32,622 nucleotides of DNA, taken from positions 3,423 to 36,044 of the forward strand of contig JAVHQA010000142.1 of assembly GCA_036170875.1 (NCBI GenBank), given 5' to 3'. Every line of letters starts with the position of its first letter. Positions within the stretch are counted from its first letter, which is position 1. Source of the DNA: Nitrospirales bacterium. Its GTDB lineage: Bacteria; Nitrospirota; Nitrospiria; Nitrospirales; NS-4. Shown piece after piece: positions 1 to 11,208 of the stretch. The translations under genes were made by a program, and so were the position numbers. The notes under the pieces are model-generated. The model was not told the origin of the DNA. It did not search any database and saw only the letters and a list, made by a program, of their open reading frames with translations.

Positions 1-1142
1 TCGCTTGCCAGCATCGGCCGATCCGACCGGTCCGACCGTTCAGCCAGATCGCGCGCCGCGGGACCGCGCCGCTGAAAGGCCGGACGGTCCATCGTCTTCG
101 GCTTGGGGTGCAGTTCGCGCACCTCGGCTTCCTTGGCTGGCATGATCGTCGGGAGCGGCGTCTGCCGGGGCGCCGCCTTGGCGGCCGGCACGTCGCGCTC
201 GAACCCCGTGGCAATGACGGTGATGACCACCTCCTCGCCCAGCTGCTCGTCGATCACCGCGCCGAAGATGATGTTGGCGTCCGGGTCCACGGACTGGGCG
301 ATAATGGACGAGGCCTCGTCAAGTTCATGGAGCGATAGGCTCGGCCCGCCCGTGATGTTCAGCAAGACTCCGCGCGCGCCTTCGATCGAGCCGTCCTCCA
401 GCAAGGGACTGCAGATCGCCCGCTGGGTGGCTGCGGTGACGCGGTTGGCGCCGCTCGCCACGCCCATGCCCATCACGGCGCGGCCCATGTGGCCCATAAC
501 CGTGCGCACGTCCGCAAAGTCCACATTGACGAGCCCCGGGATCGTGATCACGTCGGCGATCCCCTTGATCGCCTGCCGGAGCACGTCGTCGGCCACTTTG
601 AACGCCTCCTTCAGCGGCGTCGTCTTGTCCACAATCCCCAGCAGGCGCTGATTGGGGATCACGATCATGGTGTCCACGTACTTGCGCAGCTCCCGCAGCC
701 CCTCTTCGGCCCGCGCCGTCCGCTTTCCCAGCTCGAACAGGAAAGGCTTGGTGACGACCGCCACCGTCAGCGCGTTGAGCTCACGGGCGATGCTGGCAAT
801 GACCGGCGCGCCACCGGTCCCCGTCCCGCCGCCCATGCCGGCCGTGATGAACACCATGTCGGCCCCCTGGAGCGCGTCGCGAATCTTGTCGGCGTCCTGG
901 AGCGCCGCTTCGCGCCCGGCTTCGGGATTGGCGCCGGCGCCGAGCCCGTTCTTTCCGATGTGGATCTTCGTGGGCGACTGCGAACTGCCCAGGGCCTGCA
1001 TGTCCGTGTTGACCGTAATGAACTCGACCCCGTCCAGGCCGGCCGAGATCATCGTGTTAACGGCGTTCCCGCCACCGCCGCCCACGCCGATCACCTTGAT
1101 TCTCGCGGTCGAAATCATGTCTTTCTCGTCAAGCTGGAACAT
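1..1142 (-). CDS. ftsZ: Cell division GTPase FtsZ (partial; the 3' end runs past the window start)
   Basis: Hand translation of the minus strand from ATG 1142..1140 gives [41 protein letters not shown]... It contains the tubulin signature GGGTGTG and the C-terminal peptide DRPAFQRR (about 66-89). The SD GGGGGGAGA lies just upstream. There is no in-frame stop down to position 1, so it is missing from the ORF track. Confidence 0.95.
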   Translation of the reverse strand, partial: MFQLDEKDMISTARIKVIGVGGGGGNAVNTMISAGLDGVEFITVNTDMQALGSSQSPTKIHIGKNGLGAGANPEAGREAALQDADKIRDALQGADMVFITAGMGGGTGTGGAPVIASIARELNALTVAVVTKPFLFELGKRTARAEEGLRELRKYVDTMIVIPNQRLLGIVDKTTPLKEAFKVADDVLRQAIKGIADVITIPGLVNVDFADVRTVMGHMGRAVMGMGVASGANRVTAATQRAICSPLLEDGSIEGARGVLLNITGGPSLSLHELDEASSIIAQSVDPDANIIFGAVIDEQLGEEVVITVIATGFERDVPAAKAAPRQTPLPTIMPAKEAEVRELHPKPKTMDRPAFQRRGPAARDLAERSDRSDRPMLAS

Positions 1143-1156
1143 GGGTCTCCCCCCTT

Positions 1157-2404
1157 TTAAAAGAATTCACGAAACCACCCTTTCATCCCTTCGACGGCCC
1201 GCCCCAGCCCGCGCCGGTGCCGCCGCCCATTCATGGCCAGATCGTCCTGATGGTGCAGCGCGTGCAGGATCAGGCCCACGCCCGTCGCGTACATGGGATT
1301 GTCCACCTGCTGATGCATGCCGCCGACCCCGCTGGGGACGCCCAGACGGGAGGGCAAATCCAGCACGCGCTCCGCCATATCCGTCATACCCTGCATCATT
1401 GAGGTCCCGCCGGTGATCACCACGCCGCCCGCCACGATCCCTTCGTAGCCGGCCCGCTTGATCTCACGCGCCACCAGATCGAACAGCTCCTCCGCGCGCG
1501 GCTCGATCACGTCGGCCAGCACCCGGCGGGAGATCGAGCGCGGAGGCCGCCCCCCCATGCTGGGGACGTCGATTGTTTCATCGTCTTTCACGAGGGAGGC
1601 CATCGCGCACCCGAACTTGGTCTTGATTCGCTCCGCGTCGGGCACCGGCGTCTTGAGGCCGATCGCGATGTCGTTGGTGAAGTGGCTGCCCCCCACCGGA
1701 ATCACGGCCGTGTGCATGACGCTGCCCTCGGCGAAGATCGCGAGGTCCGTCGTGCCGCCGCCCATGTCCACCATCGCCACGCCCAGTTCCCGCTCATCGT
1801 CCGTGAGCACGGACTCGCTCGAGGCCAGCGGCTGCAGGATGACGCCGATCACGTCCAGCCCCGCCTTCTCGACGCTCTTGACGAGATTCTGAATCGCCGT
1901 CACGGCGCCCGTGATGATGTGCACGTTCACGCGCAGGTGCGATCCCGACATGCCCGTCGGGTCCTTGATCCCGTCCTGTTCGTCCAGGATGAAGCCCCGT
2001 GGGAGCGCGTGCAGCACGCGGTGATCGGGCTGGATGAGGGCCGCGGACCGCGCCGCTTTGACCGCGCGCGCAATGTCGCCCCTCGTGACCTCGCCGCTCT
2101 TCACGGCCACCGCGGCCTCGGAGTTGACGCCCTTGATGTGGCTCCCGGCAATGCCGACATACACCGAATTGATCTGCGTCCCCGACATCACCTCGGCGGC
2201 GTCCACGGCCTGCTTGATCGAGTCGACCGTGCTCTCGATGTTCACGACCATGCCTTTGCGGAGCCCCCGGGAGGGGCTGGTTCCGACTCCGATGACATGG
2301 GCCTCGCCCTCGCCGCGCATCTCCGTCACGATCGCGCGCGTCTTGGTGGTCCCGATGTCCAGGCCCACAATGATTTGATCCTTCTTCGCCACCCTCAGCC
2401 TCAC
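1157..2404 (-). CDS. ftsA: Cell division protein FtsA (actin-like ATPase)
   Basis: ORF track, 415 aa. Motifs [15 protein letters not shown] and [12 protein letters not shown], plus a C-terminal amphipathic helix [10 protein letters not shown]. The GTG at 2404 overlaps the ftsQ stop (GTGA). An alternative GTG lies at 2392. Confidence 0.95.
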   Translation of the reverse strand: MRLRVAKKDQIIVGLDIGTTKTRAIVTEMRGEGEAHVIGVGTSPSRGLRKGMVVNIESTVDSIKQAVDAAEVMSGTQINSVYVGIAGSHIKGVNSEAAVAVKSGEVTRGDIARAVKAARSAALIQPDHRVLHALPRGFILDEQDGIKDPTGMSGSHLRVNVHIITGAVTAIQNLVKSVEKAGLDVIGVILQPLASSESVLTDDERELGVAMVDMGGGTTDLAIFAEGSVMHTAVIPVGGSHFTNDIAIGLKTPVPDAERIKTKFGCAMASLVKDDETIDVPSMGGRPPRSISRRVLADVIEPRAEELFDLVAREIKRAGYEGIVAGGVVITGGTSMMQGMTDMAERVLDLPSRLGVPSGVGGMHQQVDNPMYATGVGLILHALHHQDDLAMNGRRHRRGLGRAVEGMKGWFREFF

Positions 2405-3231
2405 CTCCCTTCCCGCACAATGACCTTGTCCTGGAACCTGAGATCCACTTCCACCCGGCCCGCCGGCACGGCTTTCGCCTGGGCGACCCAGCGGTCGCGC
2501 ACGCGATCCGACACCTGGCGATACCGGTCCACCTTGTCCCCGAAGTCTCCGTCGCCGAACCGCAGCCGGAGCCCCGAATAATAGGCGACCATGTCGTCAG
2601 GCCGGCGCAGATCCACTTCCGTGCGCCCCACGCCCGACCGGTCGAGCAGGCCGGCCAGCGCAATACCCGAGCGGACACGCACCGCCGTATCGCCGGTCCC
2701 CAGAATCGCGTCCGCGTAATCCACGCCCATCAGAACCGGCAGGCCTTCGTCGGCCACCGGCACGCCCTCGGAGATGAGCGTCCCGTCGCGGTCCAGAAGA
2801 AATTCACGGCCGCCCGTCCCGGTTTTCAGCACGGCAACCGGTTCACGCTCGTCGAGTTCCACGGCGAGGGTATCGGGAAACACCCGCCGGACCACGGCGC
2901 GCCGGATCCACGGATGCGTCTCCAGGGAGCGCTGCGCCTGCACCAGATCGATCAGCAACAAGCCGCGGCCCGGCTCCAGATCGAGCATGGCGAGCACGTC
3001 CCCCCGCGAGATGCGCTCCGTCCTCGTGATCTCCACGACCTTGATCTCGAAGAATTGGTCCGCCCAGGCCAGCACATCCGGGCCCGCCTGCCGCCAACCG
3101 TACCAGCCGCCGGCGCCGACCAATGCAAGAAGCGCCAGCCACAGCACCACGCCCGCCAGCAGGCCCTTCCCTGCGCGCAGGGGCCTCGCCCCCGGGCTTC
3201 GCTTGCGGTTCTGTCGGACGCGCTTGATCAT
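2401..3231 (-). CDS. ftsQ: Cell division protein FtsQ (single TM plus POTRA domain)
   Basis: ORF track 2401..3255. I prefer the ATG at 3231 (MIKRVRQNRK...) because it forms an ATGA overlap with the ddl stop at 3228..3230. It has a basic N-terminus, the TM segment LLAGVVLWLALLALVGAGGWYGW, and sits in the ddl-ftsQ-ftsA position. Confidence 0.85.
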   Translation of the reverse strand: MIKRVRQNRKRSPGARPLRAGKGLLAGVVLWLALLALVGAGGWYGWRQAGPDVLAWADQFFEIKVVEITRTERISRGDVLAMLDLEPGRGLLLIDLVQAQRSLETHPWIRRAVVRRVFPDTLAVELDEREPVAVLKTGTGGREFLLDRDGTLISEGVPVADEGLPVLMGVDYADAILGTGDTAVRVRSGIALAGLLDRSGVGRTEVDLRRPDDMVAYYSGLRLRFGDGDFGDKVDRYRQVSDRVRDRWVAQAKAVPAGRVEVDLRFQDKVIVREGR

Positions 3232-4178
3232 CCGCGACGCCTCTGCGGCGCCCATTCGGCCTCGCGCGCGAGGGCCGATTCCAGGATCGCCTCCACCATG
3301 TCTTCATAGGACAGGCGGGCGGCCTTCGCGGCCATGGGTAGCAGGCTCGTCTCCGTCATCCCGGGTACCGTGTTGAGTTCCAGCAGGAAGGGATGCCCTT
3401 GACGATTCAGCCTGAAATCCACGCGCGTGGCTCCCCGGCATCCGAGACGCCGGTGCGCCTGCAGCGCGAGCGCCTGGAGCAGCTTCGCCGTCCGGCCCGG
3501 CAGTGGAGCCGGCGCCTTGTAGACAGTGGCGCCAGGAGTGTACTTGGCCGCAAAATCGTAGAACCCGCCCTGCGGAATGATCTCGACCACCGGCAGCGCC
3601 TTGTCGTTCAGGATCCCGACGGTGAATTCCCGGCCATCGATGTATTCTTCGACCAGAGCGGCTGGCCCATACACGAACGCGGCGTCCAGGGCTTTTTGAA
3701 GATCGCGGGCCTTGCGGACGATCGTGATGCCAAACGTCGAGCCCTGGCTGACCGGCTTGACGACGAGCGGCAGCTTGAACCCGCCGGGCAGCGGCTTTCG
3801 GCGGTTTCCCTGTTCCAGCACGAACCCGCGCGGAACCGGCATCCCGCGCTGCTCCAGCAGAATCTTGGTCAGCGCCTTGTCCATCGCCAGGGCACAGGCC
3901 TGCACGCCCGAGCCGGTATAGGGAATGCGGATCACCTCCAGCATCCCCTGGATCGTGCCGTCCTCCCCGCCCGGTCCGTGCAACGCGATAAAGGCGATCT
4001 GGCCACGGACTTCCCGCAACCGTCCGACGACCGAGGAATCGACTTCCAGCGGGATGGCGTCGTACCCCTTCTGGATCAACGCGGTCCACACCGCCCGGCC
4101 GCTCCGGATGGAAATCTCATGCTCGGCCGATTGCCCGCCCATCAACACCGCGATGCGCTTGGCGGTCAGAAGTTTCAT
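3228..4178 (-). CDS. ddl: D-alanine--D-alanine ligase
   Basis: ORF track, 316 aa: MKLLTAKRIAVLMGGQSAEHEISIRSG..., HGPGGEDGTIQGMLE. ATP-grasp layout. ATGA overlap with the murB stop. Confidence 0.95.
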   Translation of the reverse strand: MKLLTAKRIAVLMGGQSAEHEISIRSGRAVWTALIQKGYDAIPLEVDSSVVGRLREVRGQIAFIALHGPGGEDGTIQGMLEVIRIPYTGSGVQACALAMDKALTKILLEQRGMPVPRGFVLEQGNRRKPLPGGFKLPLVVKPVSQGSTFGITIVRKARDLQKALDAAFVYGPAALVEEYIDGREFTVGILNDKALPVVEIIPQGGFYDFAAKYTPGATVYKAPAPLPGRTAKLLQALALQAHRRLGCRGATRVDFRLNRQGHPFLLELNTVPGMTETSLLPMAAKAARLSYEDMVEAILESALAREAEWAPQRRRG

Positions 4179-5086
4179 GCCTGCCCCACGATTCTGACTT
4201 CGAGCTGCAGCGTCACGCCGGCTGTCTGCTCGACGGTCTGGCCGACTTTCCGAATCAGCGACAGGACGTCGTGCGCGGTGGCGCGGCCGCGGTTGACGAT
4301 GAAGTTGGCATGCAGCGTGGACACCTGCGCATCGCCGACCTGCGCGCCCTTCAAGCCGGCCGCCTCGATCAGCAGGCCGGCCGGATCGCCCCCCGGATTC
4401 TTGAAGACGCAGCCGGCGTTCGGCAGCGCGAGCGGCTGGGTGGCTTTCCGCCGTTGCAGCGCCTCCTTGACCGTCATGTCCATGCGGGATCTCGGATCCC
4501 AGCGAAGCCGAAGCCAGGCCCCCGCCACAATGCCCCGGGGGAGCCGGGTCCGGCGGTACTCGAACCCCACCTCGTCGGCGGACAGCTCCCGGACCTCCCC
4601 ATCAGACGTCACCATGCGCACCCGCTCCACGACGTCCTTCATCTCTCCCAACCGCGTCCCCGCGTTCATGACAACGGACCCGGCCAGCGTCCCGGGAATG
4701 CCGGCTGCGAACTCGAGGCCCGCGAGCTTGCGTTGCAGCGCGTGCTTGAGCAGGCGCGGCATGCCGACTCCACCCTCAACATAGAGGAGCCCGCCCTGGT
4801 GATCTTCAATCCGGTCGAACCTGGTCAGACGCACCACGATCCCTCTGATGCCGCCGTCGCGGACCAATACATTTGTGCCGCCCAGCACGAAGACCGGCAC
4901 CTTCGCCTTGCGCGCCTGCGCCATCAGACGGCACAGCGCGGCCTCGTCCTCCGGCTCGCTGTAGGCGTCCGCCGGGCCGCCGATGCGAAAGGAGGTATGA
5001 AGGCTCATGGGCTCATGGAACCGCACGGCGCCTTTCACTCCCGCCAGCGCTGTCCGGATTTCGCTCATCCCGATCCTGCTCCTCAT
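4175..5086 (-). CDS. murB: UDP-N-acetylenolpyruvoylglucosamine reductase
   Basis: ORF track, 303 aa. FAD-binding N-terminus (HTSFRIGGPADAY) and C-terminal NAGCVFKNP motif. ATG 5086 overlaps the murC stop (ATGA). Confidence 0.93.
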   Translation of the reverse strand: MRSRIGMSEIRTALAGVKGAVRFHEPMSLHTSFRIGGPADAYSEPEDEAALCRLMAQARKAKVPVFVLGGTNVLVRDGGIRGIVVRLTRFDRIEDHQGGLLYVEGGVGMPRLLKHALQRKLAGLEFAAGIPGTLAGSVVMNAGTRLGEMKDVVERVRMVTSDGEVRELSADEVGFEYRRTRLPRGIVAGAWLRLRWDPRSRMDMTVKEALQRRKATQPLALPNAGCVFKNPGGDPAGLLIEAAGLKGAQVGDAQVSTLHANFIVNRGRATAHDVLSLIRKVGQTVEQTAGVTLQLEVRIVGQA

Positions 5087-6450
5087 CCCAGCCGCTCGTA
5101 GAGCGCCCGGCCGATCTGCCCAATGTCGCCGGCCCCCAGCGCCACCACTACATCGCCCGGTTTCAGTTGCGGGATCACCGTCTCGACAAGCTGCTCCTTC
5201 CGGGAAACATACGTCATCGGCGGCACCCCGGCCGCACGGATGACTTCCGCGAGCCGCTCGCCGGTCACGCCCGGAATCGGCGCTTCCCCGGCGGCATAGA
5301 TGTCGGTCAGGAACAGGTGGTCCGCCTGCCGGAACGCCGGCGGAAACTCGTTCAGCAAGTCGCGCGTCCTGGTAAACCGGTGCGGTTGAAAGAGCACCAC
5401 CAGGCGCCGCCCCCAGCCGTTCTTGGCCGCGGCGAGCGTCGCCTTGATCTCCGTCGGGTGGTGGCCGTAGTCGTCCACCACCATGATCCCGCCCTTCTCA
5501 CCCAGCACCTGAAAGCGCCGCTCAACGCCCTTGAACCCCTCCAGCGCCTGCCGGATGTGCGGGAGAGACACGCCCAACTCCAGGCCGACGGCGATCGCCG
5601 CCAGCGCGTTGCGCACGTTGTGAACGCCGGGCATCGCCACGCGGAATCGCCCCAGCGGCTCTCCGCGCAGACACGCCGAGAATTCCGCCACGCCGCCGTG
5701 AAGCGCGACGTCTGAGCCAACGAGATCGGCCGCCGCCGCCAGCCCGTAGGTCTGATACCGCTTGGCGACCCGGGGCAGCAGCGCGCAGAGGTGCGCATCG
5801 TCGGCGCAGAGGACCGCCAGGCCGTAAAATGGAATCTTGTTGATGAATTCCAGGAAGGCCTCGCAGAGGCGCTCCATGGTCTTGTAGTAGTCCAGGTGCT
5901 CCTGGTCCACGTTGGTCACGACCACCACGGCCGGCGAGAGCTTCATGAACGAGCCGTCGCTCTCGTCCGCCTCGGCGACCAGTAAATCGCCGCGCCCCAG
6001 CCGCGCATGGCTGCCCAGCGCGTTGACCTTGCCTCCGATCACGATCGTGGGATCGAGCCCGCCTTCCGCCAGCACGCTCGCGACGAGCGACGTAGTGGTG
6101 GTTTTGCCGTGCGCGCCGGCAATGGCCACGCCGTACTTGAGCCGCATCAACTCGGCCAGCATCTCGGCGCGCGGAATGACCGGGACGACCTTGGCCCTGG
6201 CGGCCTGGACTTCGGGATTCGCCGACGACACCGCCGAGGAGATTACGACCACCTGCGCCGCGCCGATGTGTGCGGCGTCATGCCCGATGAACACCGTGCC
6301 GCCGAGCGCGCGGATCCGCCGGACGGCTTCGGAGTCATGCATGTCCGATCCGGTGACATGATAGCCGAGCGTCAGCAGCACCTCCGCAATGCCGCTCATG
6401 CCCGAGCCGCCGATGCCGACGAAATGAATATGTTGAATCTTGTTGAACAT
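5083..6450 (-). CDS. murC: UDP-N-acetylmuramate--L-alanine ligase
   Basis: ORF track, 455 aa: HIHFVGIGGSGMSGIAEVLL, P-loop AGAHGKTTTTS. Mur ligase family, in the canonical position. Confidence 0.96.
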   Translation of the reverse strand: MFNKIQHIHFVGIGGSGMSGIAEVLLTLGYHVTGSDMHDSEAVRRIRALGGTVFIGHDAAHIGAAQVVVISSAVSSANPEVQAARAKVVPVIPRAEMLAELMRLKYGVAIAGAHGKTTTTSLVASVLAEGGLDPTIVIGGKVNALGSHARLGRGDLLVAEADESDGSFMKLSPAVVVVTNVDQEHLDYYKTMERLCEAFLEFINKIPFYGLAVLCADDAHLCALLPRVAKRYQTYGLAAAADLVGSDVALHGGVAEFSACLRGEPLGRFRVAMPGVHNVRNALAAIAVGLELGVSLPHIRQALEGFKGVERRFQVLGEKGGIMVVDDYGHHPTEIKATLAAAKNGWGRRLVVLFQPHRFTRTRDLLNEFPPAFRQADHLFLTDIYAAGEAPIPGVTGERLAEVIRAAGVPPMTYVSRKEQLVETVIPQLKPGDVVVALGAGDIGQIGRALYERLG

Positions 6451-6459
6451 CGTGGCACG

Positions 6460-7596
6460 TCAGCCTTTCACCAGCGCCCGGCATTCAGACACGATGCGCT
6501 CCGCCGCATCGGCCTGTCCCAATGACTTGCTGCATCGTGCCATCTCGCGCAGGCGGTCGGGGCGCGCCAGCAGGGCCGAGATCGCGCCCGCCAGCAGTTC
6601 ACCCGAGAGGCGCGCGTCCACGATCACCTGGGCCGCGCCGGCCCCCTCCAGCACGCGGGCGTTCCGGTCCTGGTGCCCGTGAATGGCGTGGGGAAACGGA
6701 ATCAGGATCGCCGGCTTTCCGCAGGCCGTGATCTCGGCCACCGTCGTCGCACCCGACCGGCTCACGATCAGGTCCGCCTGCCGGAACGCGCGCGGCATGT
6801 CGTAGAGGAACGGCACGACCTCCATGTGAGTGGGAGGGGGCCCCGCAGACGCCCCTCCCACGCCCACCTGGCCTGTGAGCCCATACTTCCGATAGGCAGC
6901 GGCAACTTCTTCATGGTCACGCTCGCCGGTCTGATGGATCACCCGCAGGCCGGGGTTCGCGGCGACCAGCGCCGGCACGGCCGCGATCATCGCCCGGTTG
7001 ATGGAGCGGGCGCCCTGGCTGCCGCCAAGAACTAATACCGTTAAACCTCGCGCTTCGGCGTTCCCCCCTCCCGGTAAAATGGGCGCGTGCAAAAACTCCC
7101 GCCGGATCGGCGTGCCCACAATCCGTGTCTTGTTCGATCCGAAGTAGGGGACCGCATCCGCAAAGGACACGAACACGAGATTTGCGATCGGCGAAAGGAC
7201 GCGATTGGCCACGCCCGGATACACGTTCGGCTCCACGATGACGCGCTTGATGCCCAGGAGAAACGCGGCCAGGATCAGCGGCGGACTCGTATAGCCGCCG
7301 ACGCCGATTGCAAGGTCGGGCCGCCGCTTCCGGCAGACCGCCAGGCACTGCGCCACACCGAGCGGAACCACGGCCAGACCTTGCAACGCCCCGGCCACAC
7401 CCTTGCCCATGACGCCCCGCGCCGCGATTGTGATCAATTCAAAGCCCTCTCTCGGCACCACGTTCGTTTCCAATCCTCGCGTCGTTCCCACAAACATCGT
7501 GTCGCTTCCGGGCATCTGCCGCTCGAACTCGCGAGCCAGCGCCACCCCCGGATACAGATGGCCGCCGGTGCCCCCGGCTGCAATGATCACGCGCAT
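6460..7596 (-). CDS. murG: Undecaprenyldiphospho-muramoylpentapeptide beta-N-acetylglucosaminyltransferase
   Basis: ORF track, 378 aa: MRVIIAAGGTGGHLYPGVALA, a GT28 N-terminal G-loop. Synteny ftsW-murG-murC. Confidence 0.95.
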   Translation of the reverse strand: MRVIIAAGGTGGHLYPGVALAREFERQMPGSDTMFVGTTRGLETNVVPREGFELITIAARGVMGKGVAGALQGLAVVPLGVAQCLAVCRKRRPDLAIGVGGYTSPPLILAAFLLGIKRVIVEPNVYPGVANRVLSPIANLVFVSFADAVPYFGSNKTRIVGTPIRREFLHAPILPGGGNAEARGLTVLVLGGSQGARSINRAMIAAVPALVAANPGLRVIHQTGERDHEEVAAAYRKYGLTGQVGVGGASAGPPPTHMEVVPFLYDMPRAFRQADLIVSRSGATTVAEITACGKPAILIPFPHAIHGHQDRNARVLEGAGAAQVIVDARLSGELLAGAISALLARPDRLREMARCSKSLGQADAAERIVSECRALVKG

Positions 7597-7605
7597 CCGG
7601 CGCGT

Positions 7606-8760
7606 CTAAATCGGCGGCCGGTGCCGCGAGACCGCGATGAGGAGCCCGGTCCCGATCATGTTGACCACCAGCGACGATCCCCCGTAACTCACGAACGGCA
7701 GCGTCAACCCTTTCGTGGGCAGCAACCCGGTGATCACCCCCACGTTGATCAGCGTGTGAAAGCCGACAAAGAAGCAGACGCCCAGGGCCAGGTATCGGGC
7801 GAAGGGGTCGTCGGCTTCCAGGGCGATCGCGAAGCCCCTCGCCACGAACCAGCCGAGCAGCAGCAGCACGGCGATCGTGCCCAGGAATCCCGCTTCCTCG
7901 CCAAGCGCCGACAGCACGAAATCCGTGTGCGGCTCCGGCAGGTAGAACAGCTTCTGGCGGCCCTCCCCCAGTCCCACGCCGGACAGGCCGCCGCTGCCCA
8001 GCGCGAGCTGCGACTGGATCACCTGAAACCCCGATCCGGCGGGGTCGCTCCAGGGATCCAGAAAGCTCAGGATGCGCTGGCGACGGTAGGCCACCCGCAT
8101 GACGAGCAGGTAGAGCACCGGCAGGGCCGCGAGACCGATCACCATCAGGTGGCCGAGGCGCGCGCCCCCGACGAACAGCAGGCCCAGCGTCACCAGCCCG
8201 ATCACGGCGGCAGTGCCCATGTCCGGCTCGATCAGAATGAGCCCCACGATCGCGCCGACCACGACCAGCGGCGGGATGAAGCCGCGCCAGAAATCGGTGA
8301 GACGGGACCCCTTCTTCTCCAGGTAGTGGGCCAGGTAGAGCAGGACGCCCACCTTCATCAATTCCGACGGCTGGACCGTCCACATCCCCACCCGCAGCCA
8401 GCGGCGCGCACCTTTGACCGTCACGCCGACGCCGGGGATCAACACCAGCACAAGTCCGAGCGCGCCCAGAAAGAGCATGGGCACCGCCCAGCGCCGCAAG
8501 GTGTTCAGATCGGTCCTTGCCACAACGAGCAGGCACACCAGGCCGAACGCAAGCCAGAGCGCCTGCCGCTTGAGAAAATACGAAGCGTCGCCGAACCGCT
8601 TGTGAGCCATGACGCCGCTCGCGCTGTAGATCATGCCGAGACCGACGGCGACGAGAAGCAGCGTCACCACCAGGATGGTTTGATCCCCGCGCCGGGGACG
8701 CTCGGCCACGCCGGCGTCCGGCCAGCGCAGCGTCATGGTCTGCTGATCAGCCCAGCTCAT
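7606..8760 (-). CDS. ftsW: SEDS-family peptidoglycan glycosyltransferase FtsW
   Basis: ORF track 7606..8886, trimmed to ATG 8760 ([13 protein letters not shown]...). That ATG is preceded by AGGAGG with a 7-nt spacer inside the murD 3' end. Multi-TM protein with the C-terminal LPTKGLTLPFVSYGGSS motif. It overlaps murD by 14 nt. Confidence 0.92.
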   Translation of the reverse strand: MSWADQQTMTLRWPDAGVAERPRRGDQTILVVTLLLVAVGLGMIYSASGVMAHKRFGDASYFLKRQALWLAFGLVCLLVVARTDLNTLRRWAVPMLFLGALGLVLVLIPGVGVTVKGARRWLRVGMWTVQPSELMKVGVLLYLAHYLEKKGSRLTDFWRGFIPPLVVVGAIVGLILIEPDMGTAAVIGLVTLGLLFVGGARLGHLMVIGLAALPVLYLLVMRVAYRRQRILSFLDPWSDPAGSGFQVIQSQLALGSGGLSGVGLGEGRQKLFYLPEPHTDFVLSALGEEAGFLGTIAVLLLLGWFVARGFAIALEADDPFARYLALGVCFFVGFHTLINVGVITGLLPTKGLTLPFVSYGGSSLVVNMIGTGLLIAVSRHRPPI

Positions 8761-10131
8761 GCACGGCCTCCTTGAACTGCCGCCCGCGGTCCTTGTAGTC
8801 CGCAAACATGTCGAAGCTCGCGCAGGCCGGAGACAGCAGCACGGTGTCGCCCGCCGCCGCCGTGTTCGCCGCGTCGCGCACCGCATCCCTCAGGCTCGCG
8901 GCCTCCGTAATCGGGCAGGCCCCCGCCAGAACCTCGCGCAGGCGGGCGCGCGCCTCGCCGAGCAGGATGACTCTCCTGGCTTTGCGCCGGACCGCCTCGG
9001 CCAGCCCCGGATACTCGCCGCCTTTCTCCCGTCCGCCGGCGATCAGGATGACGGGAGCCGGCACGCTCTCGAGCGCCTTGATCGTGGCGTCCACATTGGT
9101 GCCCTTGGAGTCGTTGATGTAGGCCACGCCCCGCAGGACCCGCACGACCTCCATGACATGCTCCATCCCGCGGAAGACGCGCAGGCCCTGGCTGATGGCG
9201 TCCATCGGGCAGCCGGCGAGCGCGGCCACCGCTGCGGCCGCCATCGCGTTTTCAATGTTGTGGACGCCCTTGACCTGCAGGGCGTCGACCCGGCACACCT
9301 CCTCGCGCCGCCCGTACAGATTCGACACGATCACATCCCCGTCCAGACACACCCCACGCTCGACCGGACGGGTCCGGCTGAACTCGATCCGGGCGCCACG
9401 TGACCGCACGGACGAGCGCGACAGCCAGGGATCATCGGCATTGAGGACCGCGTAGTCCGCGTCGCCTTGATTCTCAAACAGCCGCAGCTTGGCTGCGGCG
9501 TACGCCTCCATGGAGGGATAGCGGTCAAGGTGGTCCGGCGTGACGTTCAGGATCGCCCCGATCCACGGATGAAAGGTCTCGATCGTCTCCAGTTGAAAAC
9601 TGGACACTTCGGCCACGACAAGGTCCCAGACCTTGCCGTCGAGCGAGGCCAGGGCCGCCTCCGCCAGCGGCGTTCCCAGGTTGCCGCCGACGAACGGAGC
9701 ATAGCCCGCGCCCCGCAAGAGCTCCCCGATCCACGTCACTGTCGTGCTCTTGCCGTTCGTCCCGGTCACCGCAAGCACCCTCCCCGTGAGATGGCGCGAG
9801 GCGAGTTCCAGCTCCCCGATCATGCGCACGCCGGCCTGGCGGGCCCGCTGAAGCGGTGCAAGCGCCATCGGCACACCCGGGCTGACTACCACCACCTCCG
9901 CACCTCGCAGCGCCAACTCATAGGCGCCGGCTCCGTGGATCTCCACTTCTCCGGCGGACAGTCCGCCCAGCGCGGCCGCCAGCTCCGAGGACGGCTTTTG
10001 ATCCGCCACGGTCACGCGCGCGCCCAGGCGCCGGAGCAGGCGGACGGCGGCCTGGCCGCTCCGTCCCAACCCGATGACGGCGACCCGCTTGCCGGCAACT
10101 TCCAACGACGTCTGCTCGTTCATCATCACGC

Positions 10132-10135
<4 letters not shown>
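8747..10135 (-). CDS. murD: UDP-N-acetylmuramoylalanine--D-glutamate ligase
   Basis: The ORF track entry (883 aa) is an upstream extension through mraY. The real start is ATG 10135 ([30 protein letters not shown]), which forms an ATGA overlap with the mraY stop. P-loop [10 protein letters not shown]. 462 aa. Confidence 0.93.

Positions 10136-11207
<1,072 letters not shown>

Positions 11208-11208
<1 letters not shown>

Noticed and set aside
7087-8775. A 562-aa plus-strand ORF, the longest such ORF in this half of the window
   Set aside because: It lies entirely antisense to murG and ftsW, which have clear family motifs. Its translation is low-complexity and rich in R/H/Q/D/P with no motifs. 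This is a typical stop-free shadow frame in GC-rich DNA.
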